A DNA stretch of 64,000 nt from Rhina ancylostomus. Lineage: Eukaryota. The stretch lies in contig JARFYF010000053.1 in NCBI GenBank assembly GCA_030265395.1, forward strand, positions 27,670,061 to 27,734,060, in the 5' to 3' direction. The notes under the pieces are model-generated. The model searched no databases. It saw nothing but the letters and a program-made list of their open reading frames with translations, and had not been told where the DNA came from. The translations under genes were made by a program, and so were the position numbers. The number at the start of each line of letters is the position of its first letter. The stretch's first letter is position 1. Below, in pieces: positions 14,079 through 25,700 of this stretch.

Positions 14079-14439
14079 CAGAATAAGTATCATGAATCAG
14101 TGGGGATGGAACACTTTTTTTTAAGGAGGCTTTAGAACATCCTTGAATTGCTTCCTCTGTTCAGCTGGTAATCTCTTGCCCCAATGGAATTCAGAGGAGA
14201 GTATCTGTTTCAAGAGTCTAATGTGATAGGATAGGTGAACCAATGTCAGAATACTCTCATGGGCTGAAATCCGTAGCACTGAGGCCCTGATTACATTCAA
14301 TTGGCTGGATTACAAGCCAAGTCATTCACATGCCTGACACCAGACCCATGGTACAGACACTCTATTCCGAACTCCACCGTGGCAAGAGATTACCAGGTGG
14401 CCAGAGGAAACAATTCAAGGGTATTCCCAGCGTCTCCTT

Positions 14440-14800
14440 GGGCAGGCACAGTGGTGTAGCGATTAGAGTAACACTATTACAGTGCCAGCGATCCGGGTTC
14501 AATTCCTGCCTCTGTCCGTAAGGAGTTTGCACGTTCTCCTCATGTCTGTGTGGGTTTCCTCCAGTTTCCTCCCACAATCCAAAGACGAAGGGGTTAGGAA
14601 GTTGTGGGCATGCTATGTTGGCACTGGNNNNNNNNNNNNNNNNNNNNNNNNNNNNNNNNNNNNNNNNNNNNNNNNNNNNNNNNNNNNNNNNNNNNNNNNN
14701 NNNNNNNNNNNNNNNNNNNNNNNNNNNTATGCAAAAGATGCATTTCACTGTGTGTTTCGATGTACATGTGACTAATAAAGATATCATATCTTTTTATCTT
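14440..14800 (+). mobile_element. V-SINE (HE1-like), copy 2, containing a 100-N gap
   Basis: A-box-like agtggtgtagcg, B-box ggttcaattcc, V-domain and actaataaagatat tail. It interrupts the RTE. Confidence 0.85.
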
Positions 14801-14949
14801 ATAAAAAAGTGCAGCATACCTACTGATCTGGGGAAGCTCTGGTCCATTATAATTAAAAATGGGGTGACACTGAGAACTTCCAGTGCATGAACTGAAGCCA
14901 CTCAGAAGCGAAGTACAGATGGCAGAAGGGGCTCACCTCACCATCAGGC

Positions 14950-15790
14950 ACCTGCGGGCAGCCTGCGGGCCCCACGGTGGCCTCATCCGCCGTCTCAGAA
15001 ACAGGAATGGATGCAAGTTATCCTCGATCCCAGGAGACGGCCTAAGAAGGAGGAGAACAAGGAGCTGAAGGTGGGTTGGAGGCGCCATGGAAATGCAGTT
15101 GTTCGTTCCACCAACAGCCGAAGGTCCCGAGTCTCTCCCTGCAATGCGGCTCCCGGCCGCTCTGTGGCGCTGCCTCCGGCCCCGGCCGCCGGTCTGAGAG
15201 AGTGCGCATGTGTGGCGCGCGCGGCGCTTTGTGGGAGAGGGAAAGGCTGGCGGTCGGGCGGCTGCTGAGNNNNNNNNNNNNNNNNNNNNNNNNNNNNNNN
15301 NNNNNNNNNNNNNNNNNNNNNNNNNNNNNNNNNNNNNNNNNNNNNNNNNNNNNNNNNNNNNNNNNNNNNNNNNNNNNNNNNNNNNNNNNNNNNNNNNNNN
15401 NNNNNNNNNNNNNNNNNNNNNNNNNNNNNNNNNNNNNNNNNNNNNNNNNNNNNNNNNNNNNNNNNNNAGGGGTGGGGAGGGGGTTGGCACGGGGTGGAGG
15501 AGGGGAGTGAGGGGTGGGCGAGGATAGGGAGGAGGGACCAAGAGGCGGTTGTGCAAGGAGGGGCTGGGCGAGGGGAGAGAGGAGAGGCGAGTGCAGGGAG
15601 ACGAGAGGCGAGTGCAGGGAGACGAGAGGCGAGTGCAGGGAGAGGAGAGTGAGGGCTGGACGAGGAGGGGTGGGGTCGAGGTTGGGTGTGGGTGATGAAT
15701 GGGTGAGAAGGACGTGAGTGGTAAGAATCATCGGGGCCTGGGGTGGGGCAGGGTGGGTGTCTAGACAAGCTGAGAAGAGGAGGGCGGGAC
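14950..15790 (+). promoter_or_regulatory. CpG island / probable CYB5R1 promoter and exon 1 region
   Basis: Sharp rise in GC and CpG in an AT-rich background. NRF1-like tgcgcatgtg at 15203-15212. Gap 15270-15467 lies where the short ATG exon is expected. G-skew downstream. Confidence 0.7.
15582..15643 (+). repeat. 21-bp tandem repeat x3 (gagaggcgagtgcagggagac)
   Basis: Three near-perfect units read directly from the sequence. Confidence 0.9.
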
Positions 15791-18339
15791 GTTGAATTAA
15801 TTACACTGGAAAATAGTTCGTGTGTAATGTCAGTGAACCTATTTTAGTAAATTGGAAGATAATGCTCGTTTGTACAAAAATACATGACCAGTGTAATTGG
15901 TAATGTGATTAGTGGATGGATAATAAAATCAGAATACAGCCAAACTGCTTTGGGCACATTTTCATAACCAATTTGGTTATTTAAAGATGATGTTTTTATT
16001 TGGGAAAGAATGCTGCTGATATTAATAACCTGCAGCAGTTGGATGATGCCATTGTGTATGTAGAAGGGTTCCTGCTGGAAACTACTAATGGAAATAGTAA
16101 CCCTGTTACTAATTTTAAAATCTGAAAAAGGTACAACATTTCCAAGGGTGTGTTTGGTGGTGAGGAGGACTGCTTATTTTGATTAAACTTTTTGCAATTA
16201 TGTTTATATTACACATTTTCACCTATTTCTTTATAGTGTGGGCCATTTGGGCCATCAAGTCTATGCTGGCTCTTGGCAATCTCATGAATAGTCATGTTTG
16301 TTGTAATTTATTTTCCTGCCTGTATATAGAAAATAGATTGAAAGCTTTGTCTTATGTTTAATACTTCAATTTGCTTAGTTTGGCCTATGAAGTAAAATGG
16401 AAACATCACCTACAAATTCTACTCAAACTTGCACTTCACAGTTGGAAATTCTTTGCTGGATCTAAAATATTAGAATTCTTAAGCCAGGAGCATTTTGGAA
16501 ATGCCTTCACAGCAAAGACTACCTTAATTCAAAATAGTGGCTCACACCAGCATCCACATTGTATAAATGAATAAAAGCAACATATTCTATTTGCTTTTAC
16601 AGATGAATCATCTATGATTAATTAGTATGCATCTTCTTGCAGCTGACACCAACAGTGCTTGTGCTATTCAGCTTCTTTAGACTTCCATCTTATCACAGTC
16701 ATCCCCTTTGTTCCCTCCACCCCAGCCCTTCTCAGCAATGTAAAATATCTTTGATTTCTAACTTATCTGAACAGGTTTTGCCTTGACCTGTTGCATTTTT
16801 CCAGCTTTTTATTTAGAGTTCAATACTTGTTAGTGACATAGGGTTAGCTTTTTGAGATTTATGATTCAGGGCTTCAAAAGAAAACCTTCCTAATAAATAA
16901 TACTTTGTACAAGTTAGCTGGTCATGTGGGCCTGGTTGTCAGCCAAATGAAATCTGGTTCATCTTGCAGTTTTTAGTATTTGGCATTAGGCAGTGTATGT
17001 ACTTGGATACACCAAAGAGGTTCTCTAGTAATGTTAGTTCCTTGGGCTGGGATAATGCTTATAGATTTGTGTAGCAACTTGGAAGCATCAATACTGTAAT
17101 TTGCATTATTTGCTCTGTTAAAGTAAATACAAAAGAATCAGTTGCAAAATTGTCTTCAGGGTCAAGACTTGGGACACATTGTAATCAAAAAAGACTTATT
17201 CAAAGTAGCAGCATCTGAATTTGCCATAGCACAGAAAAATGATATTTGTAGATCCAAGTGAGTTTTTCTAATGTTGGAAAGAGACTAGAAAGCTGATGGA
17301 CGGTAATCTGATAGATGATATTGTGGAGCTAAGGTCGAGCAAGAACACCTTAGTTGAATATCATCAATTCATTTTGGTGCCACCTTGCAATTTGTTTTGT
17401 TGATCATGTTGCTGAATTTTTAAATTGGTATCAATCAGTCAGGAAGTTTACTTTTAATAGGTCTATTGAAATAAACCTGATGTCTAAAGTTGCATAACGG
17501 ATTCCAAACAGAAGATGTTTAAGCATTGACAAAGTCAACAGCCTGCTCTGGTGTTTAGTGTTCAGCTTCTTTAAATGTCATTGAGAATAACTGGCTGCTA
17601 ATGCTGAGTCTTGGCATCAGCCTGACGTACTTGGGCACAGAAATCGTATAAGCTGTGGCCAAGTATAGTGCAAAATAGAGCCTAATGTTCTCGTACAATT
17701 TTCCATTCTATTACTAGTCTTAACTTTGCTTCTAACTAGTAAGAGAGAACAAATGGTGTTGCAGAAGATTCAGATGTTTGTACAGTGGGTTCTGAATGGA
17801 GAAATGTATATCGATTGGAAAAAGTTAATTAAGTTTGGGTAAACTGGTATAGAAAGATATGTTGGAATTCAATAAATACTCTGGCTACAGCACTATTTAG
17901 AATTAGTTTTAGTCTGACAGGTAGGTTATCTTTGTTTCTAAATAAAATATTCAATTAACTTAGCCAGCAGGCTTTAAATGCATGCTTCCATGACATAACA
18001 CCAACATGTAATTTCTCTCTTCCACTGTTACCGAGTTCTGTAATAGTGCAAAAAGAAATTGCCTCCGTTGTTCATTGACTCGCACAGGTCAATTATGTAT
18101 CCAGTAATTCTTGACCATTATATCTCTTTTGTCTTAGTAATGTGATGCTCCATCTGACTTGGTTGCAAAGCCCACAGAACTGCTACAAATGTGCTGTATA
18201 TTTTAGATGGTTGAAGTTCATGGAGATATTATTCTCCTATTCAATTTTGTATATTGACCTGGATGTGGTTGTGATGTTTATGAAAGTACCATGAAATAGG
18301 CAGTAACTTGGACATTTGTTAATATAAAATGTTAAGAAA

Positions 18340-18525
18340 AAAACAGAAAATACTGGAAATATTCAGCAGGTCAGCCTGCATCTATGGTAAGAGAAATGGT
18401 CAATATTTCAGATGATCTAGTAAAGTGTCTCCAACTTGAAACTCTGACTTTCTCTTCCCACCAGTTATAGCCTGACCTGCTGAGTAATTCCCGCAATTTG
18501 TTTTTGTTTTAGATTTCCAGTATTG
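18340..18525. mobile_element. Palindromic Penelope-derived element in CYB5R1 intron 1
   Basis: ctggaaatattcagcaggtcagcc and gcctgacctgctgagtaattcc are inverted arms of the same family as 1-175. Confidence 0.6.
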
Positions 18526-19594
18526 ATAGCTCTTTTGATTTTTTTCTCAGGAAAAGCTTCAAGTTGCTTTGAGTGATTCTGTGTTACTTTTTGGTCTTTG
18601 TTGCAAATTGATTAATGGTGGAAATTTGCAGATTCAGTGAACTAGCCCTGTAAAGTATTCAAAAAGTGTTGAGCTTTGAGATGCAAATCAGTTTTTAAAT
18701 ATACCAAGTAATATTTTGCTTGGTAAACTCTGCCCATTAAGAATCTTTCTTTGTGTAGATTGCGAATCCCAAATCTCAATTTTTTTCATCACTTCTAGCT
18801 TAATCTTGTGTTCTAACTTTTTAATCTGTAAAATAATTTTTCCTTCCTGCTTTGCTATCTGAAAAACCCATAAAGGCCTCTGGTATCAGAGATGTTAGAC
18901 TGAAGGGATGAACTGATACATGACACTTCTTTTGGAGATGGCTCAATGTTTGGGGCAGCTTTCTTCAAATCAGCAGCAAGCCCATAATTTCTCCACTGAT
19001 ATCCTGTAACTTTATAGACTTCAACTGTAGTTGAGTGCATTTCATATTTTTTTGGGACTGAACTGCTCATGTATTTGGATATGACATTGGTTATTAAGTG
19101 GACTTGATATAGTGGGCCAGAGTTTACTGTATTCTGCTCTTCAGGGCAACGTGGAACTCTGGTCCACTAGTGATTCACAAGATGCAGCAGTTTTCCAAGT
19201 TCATGTTCTATGTGGGGCTTTTGTTGAAAATTGATTTTTTTTGCAGAACCAATTGAAATTCTGTACAAAATGCAATACATTTCCTTGAAGCTCTGCTTCA
19301 ATATGAGGCACAAGGTGTATTTTTTGTGTACCTTCACATAAAACTGCAGTACCTTTTCAACCAGGTTGAGATGTTGATGGCAAAGAAAATCTCATGAATG
19401 CTGTTTGTAGACTAGTATTGATTATTAACATTTGTGACCTTTGTTTTATTCTATACATTAATTTTGGGTAATGCACTGGATTAGTTCAGCTACTGTTAAG
19501 TGATGCCTGAATCAATTTGTACTAGGGCTTTAAACTTCTAATGAAAAATATGCGTATGTTTCCTGTTGCCATGAAATACTGTTATGTCTTACAG

Positions 19595-19744
19595 ACCTCA
19601 GGAGTGCTCCTTGCATTTGGTGCCATTTTTTTAACAACAGTTGGAGTTGTCATTGGCCATTATGTATTGTCCAAAAAAAAGAAAGCTAAGGTTACATTGC
19701 AAGATCCAAATGAGAAGTACCCTTTGCGACTGATAGATAAGGAG
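19595..19744 (+). CDS. CYB5R1: CYB5R1 exon 2 (membrane anchor; [20 protein letters not shown])
   Basis: ttacag| ... gag|gtaaat; 150 nt; hydrophobic segment plus [17 protein letters not shown]. Confidence 0.92.
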
Positions 19745-22700
19745 GTAAATATGATAACTTTGAGTGCTCAGCCTTTCAATACATAATAAATTTGTAAAAT
19801 AGTCACCTGGTTTTGCTTTTGAAACAGGTTGTGAGCCATGACACTAGGAAGTTTCGCTTTGCTCTTCCTTCAGCTGGTCACATTCTTGGTTTGCCTGTGG
19901 GTAAGTTAAATTCACTTTGAATAGCATTATTAGTTAAGACCTCATGAGAGCGGCTTGATTGGCTTACTCTGCTATTGAACTTGTGACATTTTTTTTTCTC
20001 CTGATGGCCTAGTTGAGTTGGGAGCTTACTATGTAGAAAACTAATTGAGGAGAGACTGCAATTGTTTTTGCATCAAAACTACATCATTACCAGCATCTGC
20101 ATTGATTTTTGTTATTGCTTTTATTGCTTGAGCACGGCACAAAATCCATGCATAAGAATTGCATTGCAGGAAAAGATTTCTTTAATATATTCTATGTTTA
20201 TACTGTATGTGTATCCCAAGTTTGGATGGGAGAGACTTTGGTAGTGGTGTTTCTTTAATCATATCAATCTTGAAATCTCACTTTGGGTCTTTAGGAATAA
20301 AATCCTCTTGTCTTCAATGTAATAGAAAACTAATAATAAAATTAAACCCTGGATAGGGTTTAGAAAATCATATTCCATAGTTCTTTGGGTTTGTCTGTCT
20401 ACACTATGCCACTTACACATACTCCTACTCTTCTACCTCCTTTTGCAGTATTCTCCTTGCTCATAAGTTTTTTTTTAAGACCAATATCTAACTAGGAGGA
20501 AGAAAAGTGATTTTTTTTCCAATGGGCCAGCTAGATTTTAGAAAAAATATAAGCTTAATCTCTCTCTCGTTTTTTTTTAAAGCATTGTTCCATGGATCCA
20601 TTTATGATCCTAGTTTTAAACATTAGTTTGACTTGAGAATTTAATTTCAGGAAAACACGTATACCTTTCTGCCAGAATAGACGGAAGCCTTGTTGTGCGA
20701 CCGTATACTCCAGTTACCAGTGATGATGATAAGGGCTATGTGGATCTCGTTGTCAAGGTAATACTTATTTCCTTATTCACTTTCCTGATTTATCAATAAG
20801 CATGTAACCCAATGTTTCTTGCATTCTGCAACAATAGCAAGATTGAATTTAAAGCTAGAAAGTTACCCCATACATGCTTGACTGAAAAACCTTAAAAACC
20901 ATTAAGTAAAATACAAGCTCCTGACTTATTTTTTATTTTTATTCTGCTAACTTCAAAATATTAGGTTTATTTATCTCAACCTAAATGCTACAAATTTTGT
21001 TTTTGCTATTACTGGATTCTTCTCAAAACAACCTGCATTCACTTATGAATTATACATTCACTTCTACAGGAGGCATAGGGTGTTACTGAAGAAAATATTA
21101 CCTAGACTGGATAAAACACTTATACTCTTGAGTTTAACTTCCTCGGAGGAGGCAGAAGATAAATCAGTAAGCTGTCACTTTGTTAGTATAAACAAACACA
21201 ACCAATTGAACATGAAATACCTACAGTATTCCTTGTCCAATGAACTAAATCAGTGCTAAATTTGCGAGAGCTCCCAACTTCTATTGTAGTCTTCACAAGC
21301 TGTCTTCGACATTTTTTCTGCACAGAAAATCAACAATTTAGCCTCTGACCCTCTGTTTTGCTTTCTGGATTTTTCAGATTAATATTCTGTTTCCCAAAGT
21401 GGGTGGTTCAATGGTAGTGCCCTTTGCTTGACTTGTGACTAGTATATTATCAAATTGAGCCAATTTCCTTGCTGGATATGTTAACAAATTTCACTATAAG
21501 ACTGAGGAGGTATGTGAGAATTTCCATCTGGAAATGCAGCTTAGTTGATTCCTCAGGATTTAATTACATAGAACATAAAACAGTAAAGCACAAAAATAGG
21601 CCTTTTGGCCCATGATGTCTGTGCCAACCATGCCAATCTAACTAGTCCTATCTGACTACAAATGTTCTGTCTTCCAATATTCCCTGCAACTTTACATGGA
21701 TGTCCAAATGCCTCTTAAACATTATCATATCTGCTTCCATCACCTACCCTGGCACGTTCCAGGCACCTAGCACTGGTTCTCTTTTTAAAACAAAATCTCC
21801 CCCTCTCACCTTAAACCTATGCCTTCCAGTCTTTGATATTTCCACCCTGGGAAAAAGGCTCTGGCTGTCTACTTATCTATGCCTCTCATAATTTTATATC
21901 AGGTTGCCCCTCTGCCTCTGCCCTGGAGAAAACAATCCAAGTTTGTCCAATCTCTTCACATAGCTAATACTTTAATCCAGGCGGTATCCTATTGAACCTC
22001 TTTTCCACCCTCTCCAAAGCCTCCACATCCTTCCTGTGGTGTGGCAGCCAGAAATGTACAAAGTACTCTTAATGTGACCTAACCGAAGTTTTATAAAGCT
22101 GCAATGTGACTTCCCTACTTTTATACTCAACACCCCACCCAATGAAGGCAAGTATGCTATGTGCTGCCTTTACCATCCTATCTACTTGCATTGCCATTTT
22201 CAGGAAGCTATGGACTTTGCCCTTCCAAATATCCCTCTGTACAGCAATGCTCCTAAGGGTACTGCCATTTACCGTGTACTTTTCTCTTGCATTTGACCTC
22301 CCAAAGAGTAACACCTTGCACTTGTCTAGATTAAACTCCATTTGCCAGAATTAATCTTAATACTGGTGATTTTTAAATTATAAAAACAATTTTAAAATCA
22401 ATTTTTAGATCATTCACTTTGTTTCAGAGATGATTAAACATATAGGTGCAATATTTTACCCAGGGAGATAAGTAGTCCAAATAACATTGTGCTACATTTG
22501 CACGCATTCCTTGAATGTGTGTTGCTCTCTTTCTTTCTTTGTGTGTGTGAAAGGTGAATTAGGTTTACATTGAACCGTTTAAAGGAAGTAAATCAAAATG
22601 CTCTTTGGAAGAGGGGAATGACTTGAGCATGTAGTTTGTGCTAACATTTGAAATTTATAGCCAGTTTAACATTTTCATTATAATCAAGTCATATATGTAT

Positions 22701-25700
22701 ATATTAAAGTTCAGTTAATTGGTGTTTTAAAGGAACTTGAGCTTGAAGACCACTCACTAAGGGTCTGGGATGGCAGGGGTAATTGGTACTGATGTGTCAG
22801 GATGCAGCAACTTCAACGAGTTTAACACTGGTTTCACTGAAACTATCCAAGAAACACAGTACAGTTCACAAGTGTGCAGTAACCAAAGTTGTTGCTGGTA
22901 TGCTAGTCTTAATACATGAATATTGTACTGCTTGTCTCCAGGAGATATGGTTATTTTGAACCATGATTAGATTAGATTTCTGCACTGAAGTACTGTTTCA
23001 CATTTTTTTTGATTTCCTATGATTCAGACTTGTAATATATTACTTTGGAGTAACTAACTCTTAAGCCGTACTGATTTTCAGCTCCTCATCCTCATAATTC
23101 ATACCTTTTTCTGACTTGGCCTTCTGACCTCAAAGGTTGATCTTTTTCTGCAGATATATTTTAAAGGAGTGCATCCTAAATTCCCTGAAGGTGGAAAAAT
23201 GTCTCAGTACCTGGAAGATCTGAAGATTGGAGATACCATTCACTTCAGAGGGCCGGGTGGATTACTCATTTATAATGGAAAAGGTGAAATTTGTGTTTGT
23301 AATCCATTCAGAGATGCTAGGGTAATTTTATAATTGTCAGTAACCTAATCAGATTTAAAATGAGGATTACTAGTATTCACAATGTGAATTTACAGCAATG
23401 GGATGGAGAGGAGGGTTGAAGAGACGAATTTTTAAAAAGCTGTTCACTTTACTTTGTACATTACATTCCTTGCATTGCATTTATATTATCAACTATGACG
23501 TGCTGCACTAATGTCTAAGCATTCCCACTCTATTAGCCTGAGAACATAAATGCAGAACATTGGGCTTCTTGTGCCTGCTGCTTCCTCCAGAATAATGGCT
23601 GATCTTTGACCTTGTCATTCTCCCACATTGTCTCCATATTCCTTGGTTCTTGAATGTGCTGTGTGTAATATCAGTTTATAATGGGCCTCCTGTGATGTAT
23701 CATTAGACTAATGTCAGAATTTGCAGAGTTAAAGCAATTAATAGAATGGATAGCTTGTTGGTTGAAAAACAAAGAATTGCTAATCAGTGGTAAAATATAA
23801 GAAATTGTACCCTGCTCGACATGATCATTTGTCAACGATTTAGACTTTGGAATAAATTTGAGACTTGATAGATGTTGAACGTGTAGTCTTGAATATACTT
23901 TGTGTTTAGGTGTGTGCTGTCTCATCATAATGACTCCCATTGATTAATAAGCATGACATCAGTTCAGTATAGGCATTGGTTTTCATATTCATGTGTGCAT
24001 AGGTTGCACTTGAAATTCAGTTTTTTTCCTCTTCTAACTCTATCAAAACAAACCTCTAATCTCTTCTATCTCGCTTCTCCAATTAATTTGTGGTCAGAAA
24101 TTCTACGTTCTCATCACAGCCTGAATAAAGAAGTTTCTTATTTCTTTCCCCTACATGTGACTGTCTTTCATTGATTGTCTCAAGTTTTGCTCTGCCTTGT
24201 GGAAATGTTCTGTGCTGTCCACTGTATCAAAACCTGTATAATCTTGAAGACCTACATTGGGTTAACTTTCCTGTGTCTCTTTTCCAGAAGGAACTGAGCT
24301 TTATCTTGGATATAATATCAATCTTCTGATATCAGCCATGTAACTTCGGGAGGGTTGGGGGGGTGNNNNNNNNNNNNNNNNNNNNNNNNNNNNNNNNNNN
24401 NNNNNNNNNNNNNNNNNNNNNNNNNNNNNNNNNNNNAATTCTGCTCAGTCCTCATTATCCCTGAAGGATAGGGGCACAGACTCTCCATGACTTACAATTT
24501 GCAGGTTCTAATAAGGCCTCTGTACACAATACCCCCCAAAAAATTGTATTTGAAAACAGTTTTGAAATCAAGCTGCAGCTGTGAAAATGGGCCACACTTC
24601 AATAGAATTTCATCTGTTGTATTACACAGCCAATCACAGTGAAAAGTTAATATCATTCAGTGTTGAAATATATTTGGCAATTCTTCATTCTTCAATTTTT
24701 AATGTCTTGTAATTTATTATTTTGTTATCTGGACATCTAAATTTAAAAAAATATCATTTGCTAACTGATATGTTTCTGAATAGCAAACTTTCTGCTTTAT
24801 CTTTCAATCAACTAGCAATCCATTCTATTAATTGTTTATAGTTGAATGAGTCATCTTCACTCGGTAATGAATCTTTGAAATCCTCAACCCAAGAGGGCTA
24901 TGGTTGCTGAGTATATTCAAGGTATCAAAAAAGTTGATTGGGTGGGAGGGGGAGATGGGGTTATTTGCACAAGTGGAGATAAGTAAAAGATATTGAATGA
25001 CAGCAGGTGCATAGAGTGAATAGCCTGTTCCTATTTATTCCCACTCATGATTTTGCCTTTATTTCTCCCTCCCTTCTAAATTTTAGTCCTAGTTTTGTAT
25101 TTTAATGAATCATGTTGCTCTCTGCTTACATACTTGATGTATGTTCTCTACATCTGGAAAGAATATTAAGGAGATGTATGTTCTCATCAACCCTGATGAC
25201 TCATATATTTACACAGCATGGAAAGGGACCCTTTGGCCTATCTTGTCCATGCCAACCTAGATGTCTATTTTAAGCTAATACCATTTTGCCTGCCTGGCCT
25301 CTTTCCATGTACCTGTCCAAAGCTTTTTTTAAGATTGTAATTGCATCTGCCTCTACCATCTCTGATAGCTCATTCCGTATACCCAGCAGCTTCTATGTAT
25401 GGAAAAACCTGCCCATCAGATCCCCTTTAAATCTGTCCCCTCTCCTTGAACCTGTGCCCTCCGGTTTTAGACTCCCCTGCCCTAGGAAAGACACTTTGGC
25501 CATCTACCCTATCTATGCCTATATTCTATCATTAGTACTATAGTTAATTATATTCTTTCCTTGCTCCAAGCACACTTAAATATTTATTAACTAGTTTTGT
25601 TTATACTGTTTTCCCAGGTCTGATTTCCCAAGTTTAGCACCATTCTACGCACAGGTCTTAATGCTTGTTTCTGTTATTATGTTGACCTTGCACTCTGGGT

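Larger units (their letters stand above)
12550..15055 (+). mobile_element. Degenerate RTE-clade LINE with several nested insertions
   Basis: ggtatcaagcaaggctgcatcactgccccaacactt (GIKQGCITAPTL) at ~12917, VDHFPYL at ~13649, LYSELHRGKRLPGGQRKQFK at ~14360, and an RTE-type 3' end atcctcgatcccaggagacggcctaagaagg at ~15020-15050. Confidence 0.7.

Noticed and set aside
14933-15768. Long ORFs (207-257 aa) across the CpG island
   Set aside because: Artefacts of GC-rich, low-complexity sequence and the N gap; 15011-15060 is RTE tail.
19541-19594. In-frame ATGs upstream of CYB5R1 exon 2
   Set aside because: They precede a canonical acceptor at 19594 and encode no CYB5R-like N-terminus; treated as intronic.
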